A DNA stretch of 63,943 bases, the filler included, from Octopus bimaculoides (Eukaryota): the NCBI RefSeq assembly GCF_001194135.2. It is 8 parts of 7 records of this genome, joined end to end, with 100 filler letters (N's around TTAATTAATTAA, not from the genome) between each part and the next. Parts side by side here need not be neighbours in the genome. Positions count along the whole stretch, not along the records: positions 50,579 to 52,850 come from NW_026323589.1; positions 52,951 to 57,101 come from NC_069003.1; positions 57,202 to 62,484 come from NC_068994.1; positions 62,585 to 63,943 come from NC_068994.1; 4 more parts are not named here. One strand, given 5' to 3'. The notes under the pieces were generated by a model, which was not told where the DNA came from, searched no databases, and worked only from the letters and a program-made list of their open reading frames with translations. The position numbers and the translations under genes are program-made. Shown here piece by piece: positions 50,579 to 63,435 of the stretch; positions within the stretch are counted from its first letter, which is position 1; each line of letters starts with the position of its first letter.

Positions 50579-50900
50579 CTGTGCTCGTGAAATTAACGTG
50601 CAAGTGGCTGAGCACTCCACAGACACGTGTACCCTTAATGTAGTTCTCGGGGATATTCAACGTGACACAGTGTGACAAGGCTGACCCCTTTGAATTACAG
50701 GCACAACAGAAACAGGAAGTAAGAGTGAGAGAAAGTTGTGGTGGAAGAGTACAGCAGGGTTCGCCACCCTCCCCTGCTGGAGCCTCGTGGAGCTTTAGGT
50801 GTTTTCGCTCAATAAACACTCACAATGCCCGTTCTGGGAATTGAAACCGCAATCCTGTGACCGCAAGTCCGCTGCCCTAACAACTGGAATATTGCGCCTC
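50579..50900 (-). mobile_element. tRNA-derived SINE family C
   Basis: Reverse complement head ggaggcgcaatattccagttgttagggcagcggacttgcggtcacaggattgcggtttcaattcccag. Confidence 0.9.
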
Positions 50901-51198
50901 CATTCATGACAACGTAAAGCCGAAAAAAAAATGCGTATTTTGCCCTGCGTGGTAACCAGTCTGCAAGTTGCCCGCCTTTACTCCATGAAATAAAGGTTTC
51001 ACACTTTGGCACATGGTCAAGAATTTTAGATGAATGTGGAGTTCGATTACGTCAACCTGAACCGTTGCTTATTTTATCGACACTGAAACGAGGAAAGTCA
51101 AAGTTGCCCTCGAGAGAATCTTTCAACTAAGAAAACACAGAGGGATGAAACATTGCCAAGCATTCTGCGCTGCATGTTAACATTTCTGCTAAACTAGG

Positions 51199-51267
<69 letters not shown>

Positions 51268-52221
51268 ACAAACACATATACAGACACACGCGCGCAAATA
51301 GAACACACATACACAACGAAGACACAGATCGGAAATTACGATAATAAAATTACACAACAAAGCTATAAAGCCATCTCTCTATATGTATATACATATTCAA
51401 CAATATATCGATTCTGCTAATCTATTAGTAAATTAAACGTGTTAAATGGTAGTAAATTTAGTAGTATATTATATTTAATAGAGATTAGTAGCAAATTGTG
51501 ACCGGCAACGATCAAGAAGAATATATTCAGGTGACAGACGGGTAAAGCAGATTAAATAAAGGAGTTATGTCTTACTAACTCTTTAAATTTAGCTTTATGT
51601 CTGTGTTAAGTTCATTAAATACGTTACTGAATGACATCCAGTACTCTAGTGAATCTGCCCCCCCCCTTACNNNNNNNNNNNNNNNNNNNNNNNNNNNNNN
51701 NNNNNNNNNNNNNNNNNNNNNNNNNNNNNNNNNNNNNNNNNNNNNNNNNNNNNNNNNNNNNNNNNNNNNNNNNNNNNNNNNNNNNNNNNNNNNNNNNNNN
51801 NNNNNNNNNNNNNNNNNNNNNNNNNNNNNNNNNNNNNNNNNNNNNNNNNNNNNNNNNNNNNNNNNNNNNNNNNNNNNNNNNNNNNNNNNNNNNNNNNNNN
51901 NNNNNNNNNNNNNNNNNNNNNNNNNNNNNNNNNNNNNNNNNNNNNNNNNNNNNNNNNNNNNNNNNNNNNNNNNNNNNNNNNNNNNNNNNNNNNNNNNNNN
52001 NNNNNNNNNNNNNNNNNNNNNNNNNNNNNNNNNNNNNNNNNNNNNNNNNNNNNNNNNNNNNNNNNNNNNNNNNNNNNNNNNNNNNNNNNNNNNNNNNNNN
52101 NNNNNNNNNNNNNNNNNNNNNNNNNNNNNNNNNNNNNNNNNNNNNNNNNNNNNNNNNNNNNNNNNNNNNNNNNNNNNNNNNNNNNNNNNNNNNNNNNNNN
52201 NNNNNNNNNNNNNNNNNNNNN

Positions 52222-52269
<48 letters not shown>

Positions 52270-52691
52270 CCCGTATATTTCTGTTCTACATTCTTTCCTT
52301 TGTATTTTCTTAACTTGCAGTTTGCCATTTTACTTCACATATGCAGAATGATACACTTTTTATCATATAGCATTGTTAACAAATTATCAGTACAAAATTC
52401 AACAGAAAATAGCTTGCAAAATTTTCCCCTTTCTTTCATGCGATTAAGATTTTCGCTGAGAGTAAGATAATGCTGCAAACGGAAATTGGTTATTAAATAT
52501 GTGAATTGTGTAGATATGAAAAATTTCAATCTGAGTGAACAAGTTAATTCTGATAATTATGCAAGCGACCACTAATTAGAAGAACGTACTCGGAGTAAGT
52601 AACACCTAATTAAATATATATGTCAATGTTCATACAAGTATATAAACACATTCATACACACACACACACACATATATATAAACACATTCAT

Positions 52692-52752
<61 letters not shown>

Positions 52753-52813
52753 CGTGAGCATATACATAAGCATGTATGTACATAAATATGTGCCTGTATA
52801 TATATGACTTATT

Positions 52814-52846
<33 letters not shown>

Positions 52847-52950
52847 TATANNNNNNNNNNNNNNNNNNNNNNNNNNNNNNNNNNNNNNNNNNNNTTAATT
52901 AATTAANNNNNNNNNNNNNNNNNNNNNNNNNNNNNNNNNNNNNNNNNNNN

Positions 52951-55795
52951 GTTTTTCTCCCTGGGATGAGATAGAAGTTGTTTCGTGTTTGTTTACAGTG
53001 TTTATTGCACCTGAACATCTGCCACATACAAAAACTAACTTCCTAGCTAACCTGCCTTTGATATTGCTGCACCTCTTATGTGTCCATAGCTTGCACTGGG
53101 TACATCTTATAGAGTTACTACCTACACCTTTTCTACATATTGAGCAGGGCCATCTACCTGAAGGGGTTTGTGTTTTATTTGTGTTTTATCTACCTTCCTA
53201 CTTATTAGGACTTTGGTTTTAGCTAGGTTGACACTAAGGCCCTTCGATTCTAGTCCCTGCTTACACACCTGAAACTTCTCTTCTAGTTCAGATAGTGACT
53301 CAGCAATTAGTGCAAGGTCATCAGCATAGAGGAGCTCCCAGGGGCATCCTGACTTGAATTCCTCTGTTGTTGCCTGGAGGACTATGATAAATAGGAGGGG
53401 GCTGAGGACAGAGCCTTGGTGGACCCCTACCTCTACCCGGAATTCATTACTGTACTCATTTCCAGCCCTCACCTTACTGACAGCATCTCTGTACATGGCT
53501 TGCACAGCTCTCACTAACCATTCTTCTATCCCAAGTTTCCTCATTGACCNNNNNNNNNNNNNNNNNNNNNNNNNNNNNNNNNNNNNNNNNNNNNNNNNNN
53601 NNNNNNNNNNNNNNNNNNNNNNNNNNNNNNNNNNNNNNNNNNNNNNNNNNNNNNNNNNNNNNNNNNNNNNNNNNNNNNNNNNNNNNNNNNNNNNNNNNNN
53701 NNNNNNNNNNNNNNNNNNNNNNNNNNNNNNNNNNNNNNNNNNNNNNNNNNNNNNNNNNNNNNNNNNNNNNNNNNNNNNNNNNNNNNNNNNNNNNNNNNNN
53801 NNNNNNNNNNNNNNNNNNNNNNNNNNNNNNNNNNNNNNNNNNNNNNNNNNNNNNNNNNNNNNNNNNNNNNNNNNNNNNNNNNNNNNNNNNNNNNNNNNNN
53901 NNNNNNNNNNNNNNNNNNNNNNNNNNNNNNNNNNNNNNNNNNNNNNNNNNNNNNNNNNNNNNNNNNNNNNNNNNNNNNNNNNNNNNNNNNNNNNNNNNNN
54001 NNNNNNNNNNNNNNNNNNNNNNNNNNNNNNNNNNNNNNNNNNNNNNNNNNNNNNNNNNNNNNNNNNNNNNNNNNNNNNNNNNNNNNNNNNNNNNNNNNNN
54101 NNNNNNNNNNNNNNNNNNNNNNNNNNNNNNNNNNNNNNNNNNNNNNNNNNNNNNNNNNNNNNNNNNNNNNNNNNNNNNNNNNNNNNNNNNNNNNNNNNNN
54201 NNNNNNNNNNNNNNNNNNNNNNNNNNNNNNNNNNNNNNNNNNNNNNNNNNNNNNNNNNNNNNNNNNNNNNNNNNNNNNNNNNNNNNNNNNNNNNNNNNNN
54301 NNNNNNNNNNNNNNNNNNNNNNNNNNNNNNNNNNNNNNNNNNNNNNNNNNNNNNNNNNNNNNNNNNNNNNNNNNNNNNNNNNNNNNNNNNNNNNNNNNNN
54401 NNNNNNNNNNNNNNNNNNNNNNNNNNNNNNNNNNNNNNNNNNNNNNNNNNNNNNNNNNNNNNNNNNNNNNNNNNCTGGTCCCTCTGTTGGGTCGACATTT
54501 GGCAGACTCTCTTTCTCCCATTCGTTCTCTTTCATAGTAGCGTCTCCAGACCTCTTTCTTTGCAGCCTCGTTTAGTGCAAGCGTACCATCATCCATGCGA
54601 ACACATTTCTCTCCCACGACATCACGATTCTCTCTCACACACTGTCTTGCAACACGAAATACCTCAAGTCTTTGGTCCTCACGGCGCAGAACATTGGCAA
54701 ACGTTTTCTTATCTGCTTCCCCTCTGGCTAAATAAACCTGTCTCCTAGCTTCCCTTCTGGCAGTCTGATACAATTCCCTGCTACCTCCATTCTTCCAGTC
54801 CTTCCAAGCCTGTTTCTTTTGTCTAATAGCCTTGTCAACCACATTGTTCCACCACCACGTTACTTTGGGTCAGTAGGGGACTTTACACCAGCCACAGATC
54901 TGATCGGTGACTCTCAAAAAGTTGTCCCGTAGAAACCTCCAGTTGTCTTCCACGTTATAAGATGTTATATCCCCTTCTATTTCATCAAATGCTTCGAGTA
55001 GTATGTCCCTAAATCTCTTTCCATATGTAGGATCTTTAAGCTTCCAAACCCTTCTCCTCCAAGCCGGTCTACACCTGGGCATTCTTTTTGCCTTGATTTC
55101 AAAGTCGCTAACTACTAACCTGTGTTGAGGGGTACATTCTTCGCCAGGGAAGGTTTTGGCATTTATAAGCTGCCCTCTTTCCCTATTTCTGGCGAGGATA
55201 TAGTCGATTTGGCTAGAGTGTCTGCCGGAACGGTAAGTGACTAGGTGACAGGCTGGTTTCCTGAAGTTGGTATTGCAAACCATAAGGTCGTTTGCATCAC
55301 AGAACTCCAGCAGTCTGGTTCCCTCCTCATTGCGGGAACCAAAGCCATAACCTCCATGAATGCCATGGAAGCCCCCTGCATAACGTCCTACATGATCGTT
55401 GAAGTCACCAGCTACAAAGAGAAGGTCTCTGTCATTCATTGACGAGGTAGTTTGCAAGAGGGTGTCGTAGAATTGGTCTTTCTGCCCATCCGGTAGCCCC
55501 GGTTGAGGGGCATAGGCCGAGATGACAGTAGCTAACCTATGATGAAGAACTAGTCTAATCTTAAGTACTCTGTCACATACTCTGAGTACCTCGATTACCT
55601 TATCAACCCATTTCTCTGCTAGAAGTATTCCCACACCCCCGGCCCCGTCAGCGTTCCCTGCCCAGAAAATCTTGTACCGGTGTTCTTTGCCTGTGAGGAA
55701 CCTTGCAGACCCTCCTCTCCATCTTACTTCCTGGATGCAGCACAGATCAACCCGTCTCAACAATCTCACCAGACCTACCTTTCAGAGTGCCGACG
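52951..55795 (-). mobile_element. 5'-truncated RTE-clade LINE (APE, RT, PHD finger), partly in gaps
   Basis: APE: DLCCIQEVRW, AGDFNDH, SQIDYIL. RT: VGVHQGSVLSPLLF, LLYADDLAL. Then PCSICRKGVGSNSIRCTQCKLWTHKRC...VCGRC after a frameshift. Confidence 0.95.
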
Positions 55796-56260
55796 TATAT
55801 ACATATATACACACATACATGTGTATATATACATAGTGAAACTATTAAAAGTGAAACAATATAAAAGTGAAACTATTTATAACTTACTCTGTCTTAGGTT
55901 TCACTTTTATTCTTCGAGTTTTGAGACATAATAATGAACCAGTCCCAATGTTGCCTTGTTTTAATCCAAAAAAATTACACATTCACACTCACTGGGTCAT
56001 GTAAAATTTGATTTGATTTAGCTGAGCCGTTTGAGAATGCATTGGGAACAGGCAGAAATGCAAAGGATTATATATATATATATATAGAATATATAGATTA
56101 TTAATTGAGTATATAAATTACCTACAAGGTTTTATTTCATGCTGGCCACTTGATATAATCATTAACATGATTATATCCTCAATTCTTTATATATATATAT
56201 ATTCACTCTGTATTTTGTATTTTATCTAAATTAACTATTGCTTAACTATTTTCTCACACT

Positions 56261-56308
56261 GTCTCTGATGAAGGGATATAATAAATATCCTGGAAACAGC
56301 TGTAAGAC
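56261..56308 (+). ncRNA. Minimal type-I hammerhead ribozyme motif in a probable Penelope-like terminal repeat (about 55850-56610)
   Basis: GTCT CTGATGA a-GGGATAT aataa ATATCCT-g GAAA CAGCTG TA AGAC: 4-bp helix I, 7-bp helix II, palindrome ACAGCTGT, GUA triplet. The downstream 56530-56610 recurs inverted at about 9905-10000. Confidence 0.7.
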
Positions 56309-56369
56309 CTTCTATTTATAAAGGTTCTAAAATCTTCACAGCCTTGGTGTTTTATCTCATTCTGAAAAA

Positions 56370-56404
<35 letters not shown>

Positions 56405-56979
56405 ATATTAGGGACAAAATCCAAAATTACAGGTAAAAACTCAATTAAAATCAATTTATAAAAAATTAAAATTAAATTGAGCTTTATAGATAAAATATAT
56501 ATAAAATATATAGTTTTAGGGAAAATAATCAAGTTTCAAGAACTCATCGATGAAAATCCACTATCACATATAGAAAAATTAACAATTAAAAGCACAATAA
56601 ATGGGAGTTCAATGCAGCCCTGCAGCTTGCTGGTTCCCAGTTAATATATTCCACTATCCATGCCAGTATAGAACCTTGGTGGACCCCTACCTCCACCCGG
56701 AATTCTTCACTGTATGACAGGCCTTCACATTGTTTCTATCTATCAAATTCACACACAAGGCATTGGTCAGCTTGGGGCTACAGTGGAAACACTTGCCTAA
56801 GGCACTGCACAATGGCATGAGACTCAAAATGCATGTGGTTCAAGACAAAATGCCAGCAATGAATTTGAACTAGTAACTTTTGACCTTACAGTCCTATCCA
56901 TTCAGGCAACTTGCTACTGTAACACAACACAACATATACTGTAAGGCATCTATCTATATCTTCCTACCTACCTATCTGT

Positions 56980-57930
56980 CTAAGGGGGACGTCATAGATA
57001 ACTTTAGGCCCATCACTCTTGTCATCGAGAAACTGATCGGCAAGGCGCAAACGTGCGCCGTGCCGGGCCGGAGCATCCATGACAACCTCCATCTGATGCG
57101 CNNNNNNNNNNNNNNNNNNNNNNNNNNNNNNNNNNNNNNNNNNNNTTAATTAATTAANNNNNNNNNNNNNNNNNNNNNNNNNNNNNNNNNNNNNNNNNNN
57201 NAAGCTTTGTATGGATATACTATTTCAGTGAAATACTATTCACTGGTAACGAAAATTAGAACATATATATATATATATATATTAATAAAAAAATTTCTCT
57301 ATTCTTTTGGAACACAAAATCTCAAAAGGGGAGAAGTTGTGTGAGAGTATGATGCCTCCTGGTGAGAATGGACTGGGACACTACATATAAATAGTAGTGG
57401 TCTGAGTAAGTGAGGCAGTTGAAAGTCAGTTTGCCAACATGCATCGAAGGACTTCAGCCCAGGACCTATGGGCAACTTCCAGAGGTCCCTGACTTGGCTG
57501 TGCTTCCGAAGTACCTTGCCAGTTCAGGATAAACTTGTGAGGCACGGTGTCACCATTTCACCTACATGCCCATGTTGAGGGCAGAGCAACAAAACTGTTC
57601 TGCATGCAATCATACAGTGTACATATCTCTCAAACCTATGGGTTTCTACCAAACGGGTACTGTCACAGTTGGGGAGAGTTCAGCTGTCACCAGAATCGAT
57701 TATTAAGATCGTTCTGCCGTCTCCTCTAAAAGGAGAAGAGAAATTTTGTTTACTAGCTGCAGTAGTTATAGCAAAAGAGGTGAAATGGGAGATACGTGAA
57801 AGAGGTATCACATCAGGTACCTTAGTGTCTGGGCATGCTTTAGTAAACCTCTTTTTATATCACCTAAGAGGGAAAGTATGTCTGGAGAAGAAATGCCTGA
57901 CGGTAAAAAAGTATGAAAGAAGATAGAAGA
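56980..57930 (+). mobile_element. Tx1/L1-type LINE relics (RT fragment 56980-57101; 3' zinc-knuckle region about 57330-57930)
   Basis: KGDVIDNFRPITL|VIEKLIGKAQTCAVPGRSIHDNLHLMR and GNFQRSLTWLCFRSTLPVQDKLVRHG...TCPC. Confidence 0.75.
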
Positions 57931-58485
57931 AAGTAGCCTGAATGTCAGGTATATAAGTGCCAAATTAAATGGAGTTTAAGAAAAAAAGGACAAAATAAAT
58001 GGTGCAACACAGGACTGTGGTTGGTGGGGTCAAACCCATTCTGTGTCCATTCATATTTTTGTTTCACCTTCATTTGTAATTATATATTCATTCATATCAT
58101 TCGATAAGTCCCCAACCTCATTTGTCCCTTATATTGTCCCCTCTTTGTTTAACCCTTCTGATTGTAATAAAATCATCATGCTAGTTCAACAGTTTGTGTG
58201 TTGATAGTTCGAAGCTGGAGTTCAAAGTTTACAGTTCATGTGAGCCTGTTGAAGTATTGGTTCGTAAAAGATCGTTGTTACGTTCCATGTGGTTACTGCC
58301 ATTTGTTTCGATTATATTGTTATTACACTATTGCAGTGTATTTGTTTATCCATAAGGATATAACAGGGACTGAACATGGAACTATGTGACTGAAAAGCAA
58401 ACTTCTTACCACACAGTCATGCCTAGACGTGTATGTGTGTGTGTATATATATATATATNNNNNNNNNNNNNNNNNNNNNNNNNNA

Positions 58486-58548
<63 letters not shown>

Positions 58549-59378
58549 CATATATATATAAATACTTACATACAAAATAAAAGTGACATAATATATTGAC
58601 AGTCTTGTACAAGGAGAGCGTTTACCTTTATAGAGTGTTTACCTCTAGAGACCTTTATTCTTCTGAAATATATATTCCAATCAGTAACGAGCTAATTAGC
58701 AGTAATTTAACTTTGTAGCTTGGTATTTTCACTGTCTTCGCTTTCTAAGCGATCTTTTGTTCTGTGTGTTTACTATTTTGCTAGTAGCTGTAATAAGGTT
58801 TTATTTCATTATTTAAGGCATAAAATCAATATACAAATACTAAAAGACCGGAGAGTTCAGTGCAGTTTCATTGGCAGGAAACATCACCAAAAACAACAAT
58901 TACATCAACTATGATGATGATAATGATAATAATTATAATAATAATAACAATAATAATGATCATGATAATGATAATAAATTTATTTTTTATTTTATTTTTT
59001 TATTTTATAATAATGATAATAATAATAATAATAAATTAATGAGTAAATAAAAAATAAATCCTGATTAAAATAGTTGACACAAAAGGCAATCACTCTTTTT
59101 TGATGAAGGAATTTAGTTATCAAAGGAATTCAGAGTAAATAATTATTGGACTTTTGAATTATTCAGCAAAATCTGTAAACAATGGCTGAGTACAATTGAC
59201 AATATAGTTTTACTTTTTCAATGTAAAGGTTAATAACTGTAATGTTAACATGTTCAATGAAACTATTGACAGTATTTTGAATACATATAAAGAAACTGAT
59301 AAGAAAGGCCTTATCTGTTCTGTGAAATGTTTGACAATGTATTTCATGTGTTTAGAGGAATATTTGCTTGAAGATTAA

Positions 59379-59580
59379 CCCTTTAGCATTCAGATTATTC
59401 TGTTAAATGTAATGTTTATCGGTTCACATTGTTTTGAATTAATCATGTATTATCTTAGAGCTTCAAGATGATGTGACTGTTCATTTTTAAAATGATATTG
59501 TGTAGGGTGAATCTGGCCAGTTTGAATATAAAACAAGTAGAATATTTGGGCCTGATATGATCAGCTTAAATGCTAAAGGG
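59379..59580. mobile_element. piggyBac-type MITE (202 bp)
   Basis: TTAA|CCCTTTAGCATT ... AATGCTAAAGGG|TTAA: perfect 12-bp TIR with a TTAA target duplication. Confidence 0.85.
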
Positions 59581-60653
59581 TTAAATGTATTGAGTAAAAC
59601 CGTTTTGCAAAATATTCAGTGATTTGTAACTCAAATGACACAATACATAATATGTTTGGTAGAACACTTGTTGAACTCATCAATATATTCTCTGAAAAGG
59701 TCAATCAATAGCAAATTCACTTGTCCACTGGAACAGATTTTTATATTTTAATTATTGGACTGGTCTAGAACAGACATAAGCAACTCTTTTTTAAGAAGCA
59801 AACTGCATGAGGCATGGCTCATTATCGGGAAGATCACACTATAACAAAATTCGAGATAATTTTTCATTGGTGTGCCATTCAGAAAGTCCTGCAGGTCACA
59901 GTTTGCCTATGACTGGTCTAGAAGACTGGGCAGTGTTCATGATCTCTGCTAGTCTTTGGAGATTGATGAGATCAATGGAATTAACATTCCTTTCGAATAG
60001 TTGCATTTTGATGGTTGTAGAATAAATCATACTTATGGAATCCATACTCACTCATATAGTCCATTCTGGAATATTTTCTGTAGCTGGATGTTCTTTCTAT
60101 CAGAATCCCCTTACAGAATGTATTTGGTGCAGTTAATTATTTCAACAGCACTAGAAAGTTTGGTCCTTGCGAGAGGACTAAATAGTGAATGAGTAGCTGC
60201 TACTCTGTATTATTTCTCATTCAGAATTCTGGCAAATCCCACTTCTTGTTTGATGGTACCATCAATATATGGGGCGAGGTGGGATGGAAAGTTTTAGTTA
60301 CTGATTAGAAGGAAGGTCATGGCAGGAGACTTGGCATAAAGATTGCCTCTGTTATTTGGGTAAGTGCTGTGATGATATCCTGGATTGTATAGAGTGTGTA
60401 TGTTTCCATAGCGCTACATAGGAGGGTATATTGAGAAATTCTTGAGATGTGAGGATGACATTGTTTTGTAGATGTAGAGAAAGAAGAGTTGGAGCTAAGC
60501 ATACATAGGAAGACATTTGGCAGGAGTAGTGCAAGTTTGGCTTCATGATGTGGTGGGTTTAATCATATTGAGTTTTAGCCTTGGAAAAGCATCTTCACTA
60601 TAGCTAAGAAGGTTAAACATATTGAAATATCAGATGATAGACAGATAAATATT

Positions 60654-60689
<36 letters not shown>

Positions 60690-60716
60690 TAGACAGACAG
60701 ACAGACAGACAGACAA

Positions 60717-60750
<34 letters not shown>

Positions 60751-60892
60751 GGATAGATGGATAGATAGATAGATAATGCTATAAAAAATATCATTGTAAA
60801 GAAATATTTTAGTCTCCTTAGTCATTTTATTTTGTTTCCCATTGAGCCAACATCAGGGCCAATGGTGTATAATATTTTAACTAATAAACCAC

Positions 60893-61124
60893 TTAAACCC
60901 CTTTGATACTAACCCACCCAGAACATCCCCTAGTTCCATGATTTAAATTTCATGTTTAAAAATTATCTAAATTAAAATCAAACATCAAAATTTCATGTTA
61001 ATTTATGTCTCAGATAGCAGCCTAATAATGATAATATTATTTTTTTTAATTACATTATTATTTTCAAAATTAATTGAAACAAAAGCAGTGTGTTTCAACA
61101 GAAATATGCTAACAAAAGAGTTAA
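60893..61124. mobile_element. Decayed piggyBac-type MITE
   Basis: ttaaacccctttgatact ... tgctaacaaaagagttaa; imperfect TIR with TTAA ends. Confidence 0.55.
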
Positions 61125-61806
61125 AATCAGTTTCTGCATGAATATCTTTTTTTTTTTTTTTCAATTATTTTTCTCGTTTACTTTTATTTTACTTTTCCTA
61201 TTTTCTCATCATCTATTATTGTCAGTCTAAAGTTGGATGAAATAAAATACCAGTCAATCACTGAGATCAATAGAACTGACTAACTCCTTTTCCCTAAATT
61301 TCAAGCCATGTGTCTGTACAAGAAACAAGGTAGCTAGTATCTTTTATTTTTTATTTGTTTCAGTTATTAGACTGCAGCCATGCTGGGGCACTGCCTCACG
61401 GAAATTTAGTTGAACTAATTGACCCCAGTACCTATTTTCTTTTCAAGCCTGGTACTTATTCTATCAGTATCTTTTGCTGAGCTGCNNNNNNNNNNNNNNN
61501 NNNNNNNNNNNNNNNNNNNNNNNNNNNNNNNNNNNNNNNNNNNNNNNNNNNNNNNNNNNNNNNNNNNNNNNNNNNNNNNNNNNNNNNNNNNNNNNNNNNN
61601 NNNNNNNNNNNNNNNNNNNNNNNNNNNNNNNNNNNNNNNNNNNNNNNNNNNNNNNNNNNNNNNNNNNNNNNNNNNNNNNNNNNNNNNNNNNNNNNNNNNN
61701 NNNNNNNNNNNNNNNNNNNNNNNNNNNNNNNNNNNNNNNNNNNNNNNNNNNNNNNNNNNNNNNNNNNNNNNNNNNNNNNNNNNNNNNNNNNNNNNNNNNN
61801 NNNNNN

Positions 61807-62220
61807 GGCGAAAAAATACCTTACAATATTTCTTCTGACTCAACATTCTGAATTCAAATCCTGCTGAGGCTAACTTCAGTTTTCCTTCCTCAGAGGTCAA
61901 TAAGATTAAGTATCAGTCTACTACTGGTGTCAATTTCATCAACTAAGCCCTCTCCCTAAAATTTCTGGCCTTGTTTCTAAGTTGGAGACAATTTTTATTA
62001 TTGCAGTAATGAAGGAAGCCTGGTAGAATTGTTAACATACTGGACAAAATGCTTAGCAACATTTCTTCTAGCTTTACATTCTGAGTTCAAATGCTACCAA
62101 GGTCATCTTTGCCTTTAATTCTTTGGGGGGTCCATTAAATATGCAACAACACTGGGATAAACATAGCTAATGTTCCCGCCCCTCAAAATTGCTGGCCTTG
62201 AGTCAAAATTTTAAACCATT
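61807..62220 (+). mobile_element. Two tandem decayed SINE family B copies
   Basis: ttctgaattcaaatcctgctgaggctaac and ttctgagttcaaatgctaccaaggtcatc, each followed by aaatt(t/g)ctggccttg. Confidence 0.75.
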
Positions 62221-62319
62221 TTTTAAGCAATGTTATTTTCATTTCTTGTTTTCAGTGTACAACCAAGCACAACTCTCTAAACTTCATGCACTGTTTTGTG
62301 TTTGGTTTTTACTTTTGTA

Positions 62320-62455
62320 TTCCAATTGACCCCAAGACTTTTTTTTAAGCTTAGTACCTTTTAATGGTCTCTTTTGCTGAACCACTAAGTTACTGGCACA
62401 TAAACACACCAACACCAGTTATCAAGCAGTGATAGGAGATAAACACAGACGCAAA
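62320..62455 (-). mobile_element. SINE family A, 3' fragment (similar fragments at 61340-61485, 58325-58430, 56720-56850)
   Basis: gaccccaagact...aaacacaccaacaccagttatcaagcagtg. Confidence 0.75.
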
Positions 62456-63186
62456 ACACCCCTCTCCACTATATATATATATATNNNNNNNNNNNNNNNN
62501 NNNNNNNNNNNNNNNNNNNNNNNNNNNNTTAATTAATTAANNNNNNNNNNNNNNNNNNNNNNNNNNNNNNNNNNNNNNNNNNNNATATATATATATATAT
62601 ATAGGTACATATAATCAGTAGGTGTTTTTGAACGTATATATTTATTTATTTATTTACACTAAAATTGCTCGTTTGGAGAAGTGAGTTTCACGCCAGCGCC
62701 AGGCGAAATCCATATATTATGTCCAATATACATTTGCAGGTAGGCAGTCTATTTCTACTACTATTAATGCGTATTGTTTCAGCGGCATGAAAGGAGAGCA
62801 TCTCCAATTGAATAGATGTCCAATCACTGCGTCCAGTTTATAATTTCGTTGTGTGCTCTTATGTCTATGAATCTGTGTATAATGAACGTTTGACTCATTA
62901 TTAACGACTGAATAAGGCAAGCTGTTATTTGATGATGTGTAAGTGATATTCCCGTGTATTGGTTCAGATCGTTTCGAAGCTGTCGTATGTTACTGACTGC
63001 TGTTAGCTGCCGGCTTCTACTAACTACCGACTGCGTTTGAATTCTGACTGTTACTGCAATTGATTGCTGCTGAATGGTGATTAAAATATGATCCTGCCGA
63101 CGACCACCAAGGTAGATGAAATTTTAGAACGTGGATAGAAGTTGTTTCCTGTTTTTTTTCTACTAAGAGGTTCCATTTATTTAGAG

Positions 63187-63435
63187 CAGTGTTCCTTAAT
63201 CATTTCTTGCATATAAATCACTTTGATTCCTATCTGACAAGGGTGGGTGCTCATAACGATTCAGTATTTTTAAAATACTATTTAATATTATTTAATATTA
63301 TTAGGAATTGTTTAAAAAGGAATTGAAATATTTTGTGTACTGTAGAAATATAACCAGTTCAGTGCACATAAATTGTAATTCCAAAATCTTATATGGATCC
63401 CCAAAGGCCATATGGATTCCAGTTAAGACCCACTG
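63187..63435. mobile_element. hAT-type MITE (249 bp)
   Basis: cagtgttccttaa ... ttaagacccactg TIR; 8-bp flanks atttagag / atttagaa (7 of 8 match). Confidence 0.7.

Noticed and set aside
2041-50900. tRNA-like A/B-box sequences
   Set aside because: They are SINE heads without a complete cloverleaf or acceptor stem; no true tRNA, rRNA or CRISPR array was seen.
929-54842. Long ORFs in the track (200-460 aa) and YIYI/HTHT/CVCV/poly-F ORFs
   Set aside because: They consist of N-runs and microsatellites or purine/pyrimidine tracts and are not coding.
10981-62540. Seven recurrences of the perfect palindrome TTAATTAATTAA
   Set aside because: Each sits in the middle of an N-run (44+12+44 = 100 bp where counted) and has stops in all six frames, so it is a scaffolding spacer.
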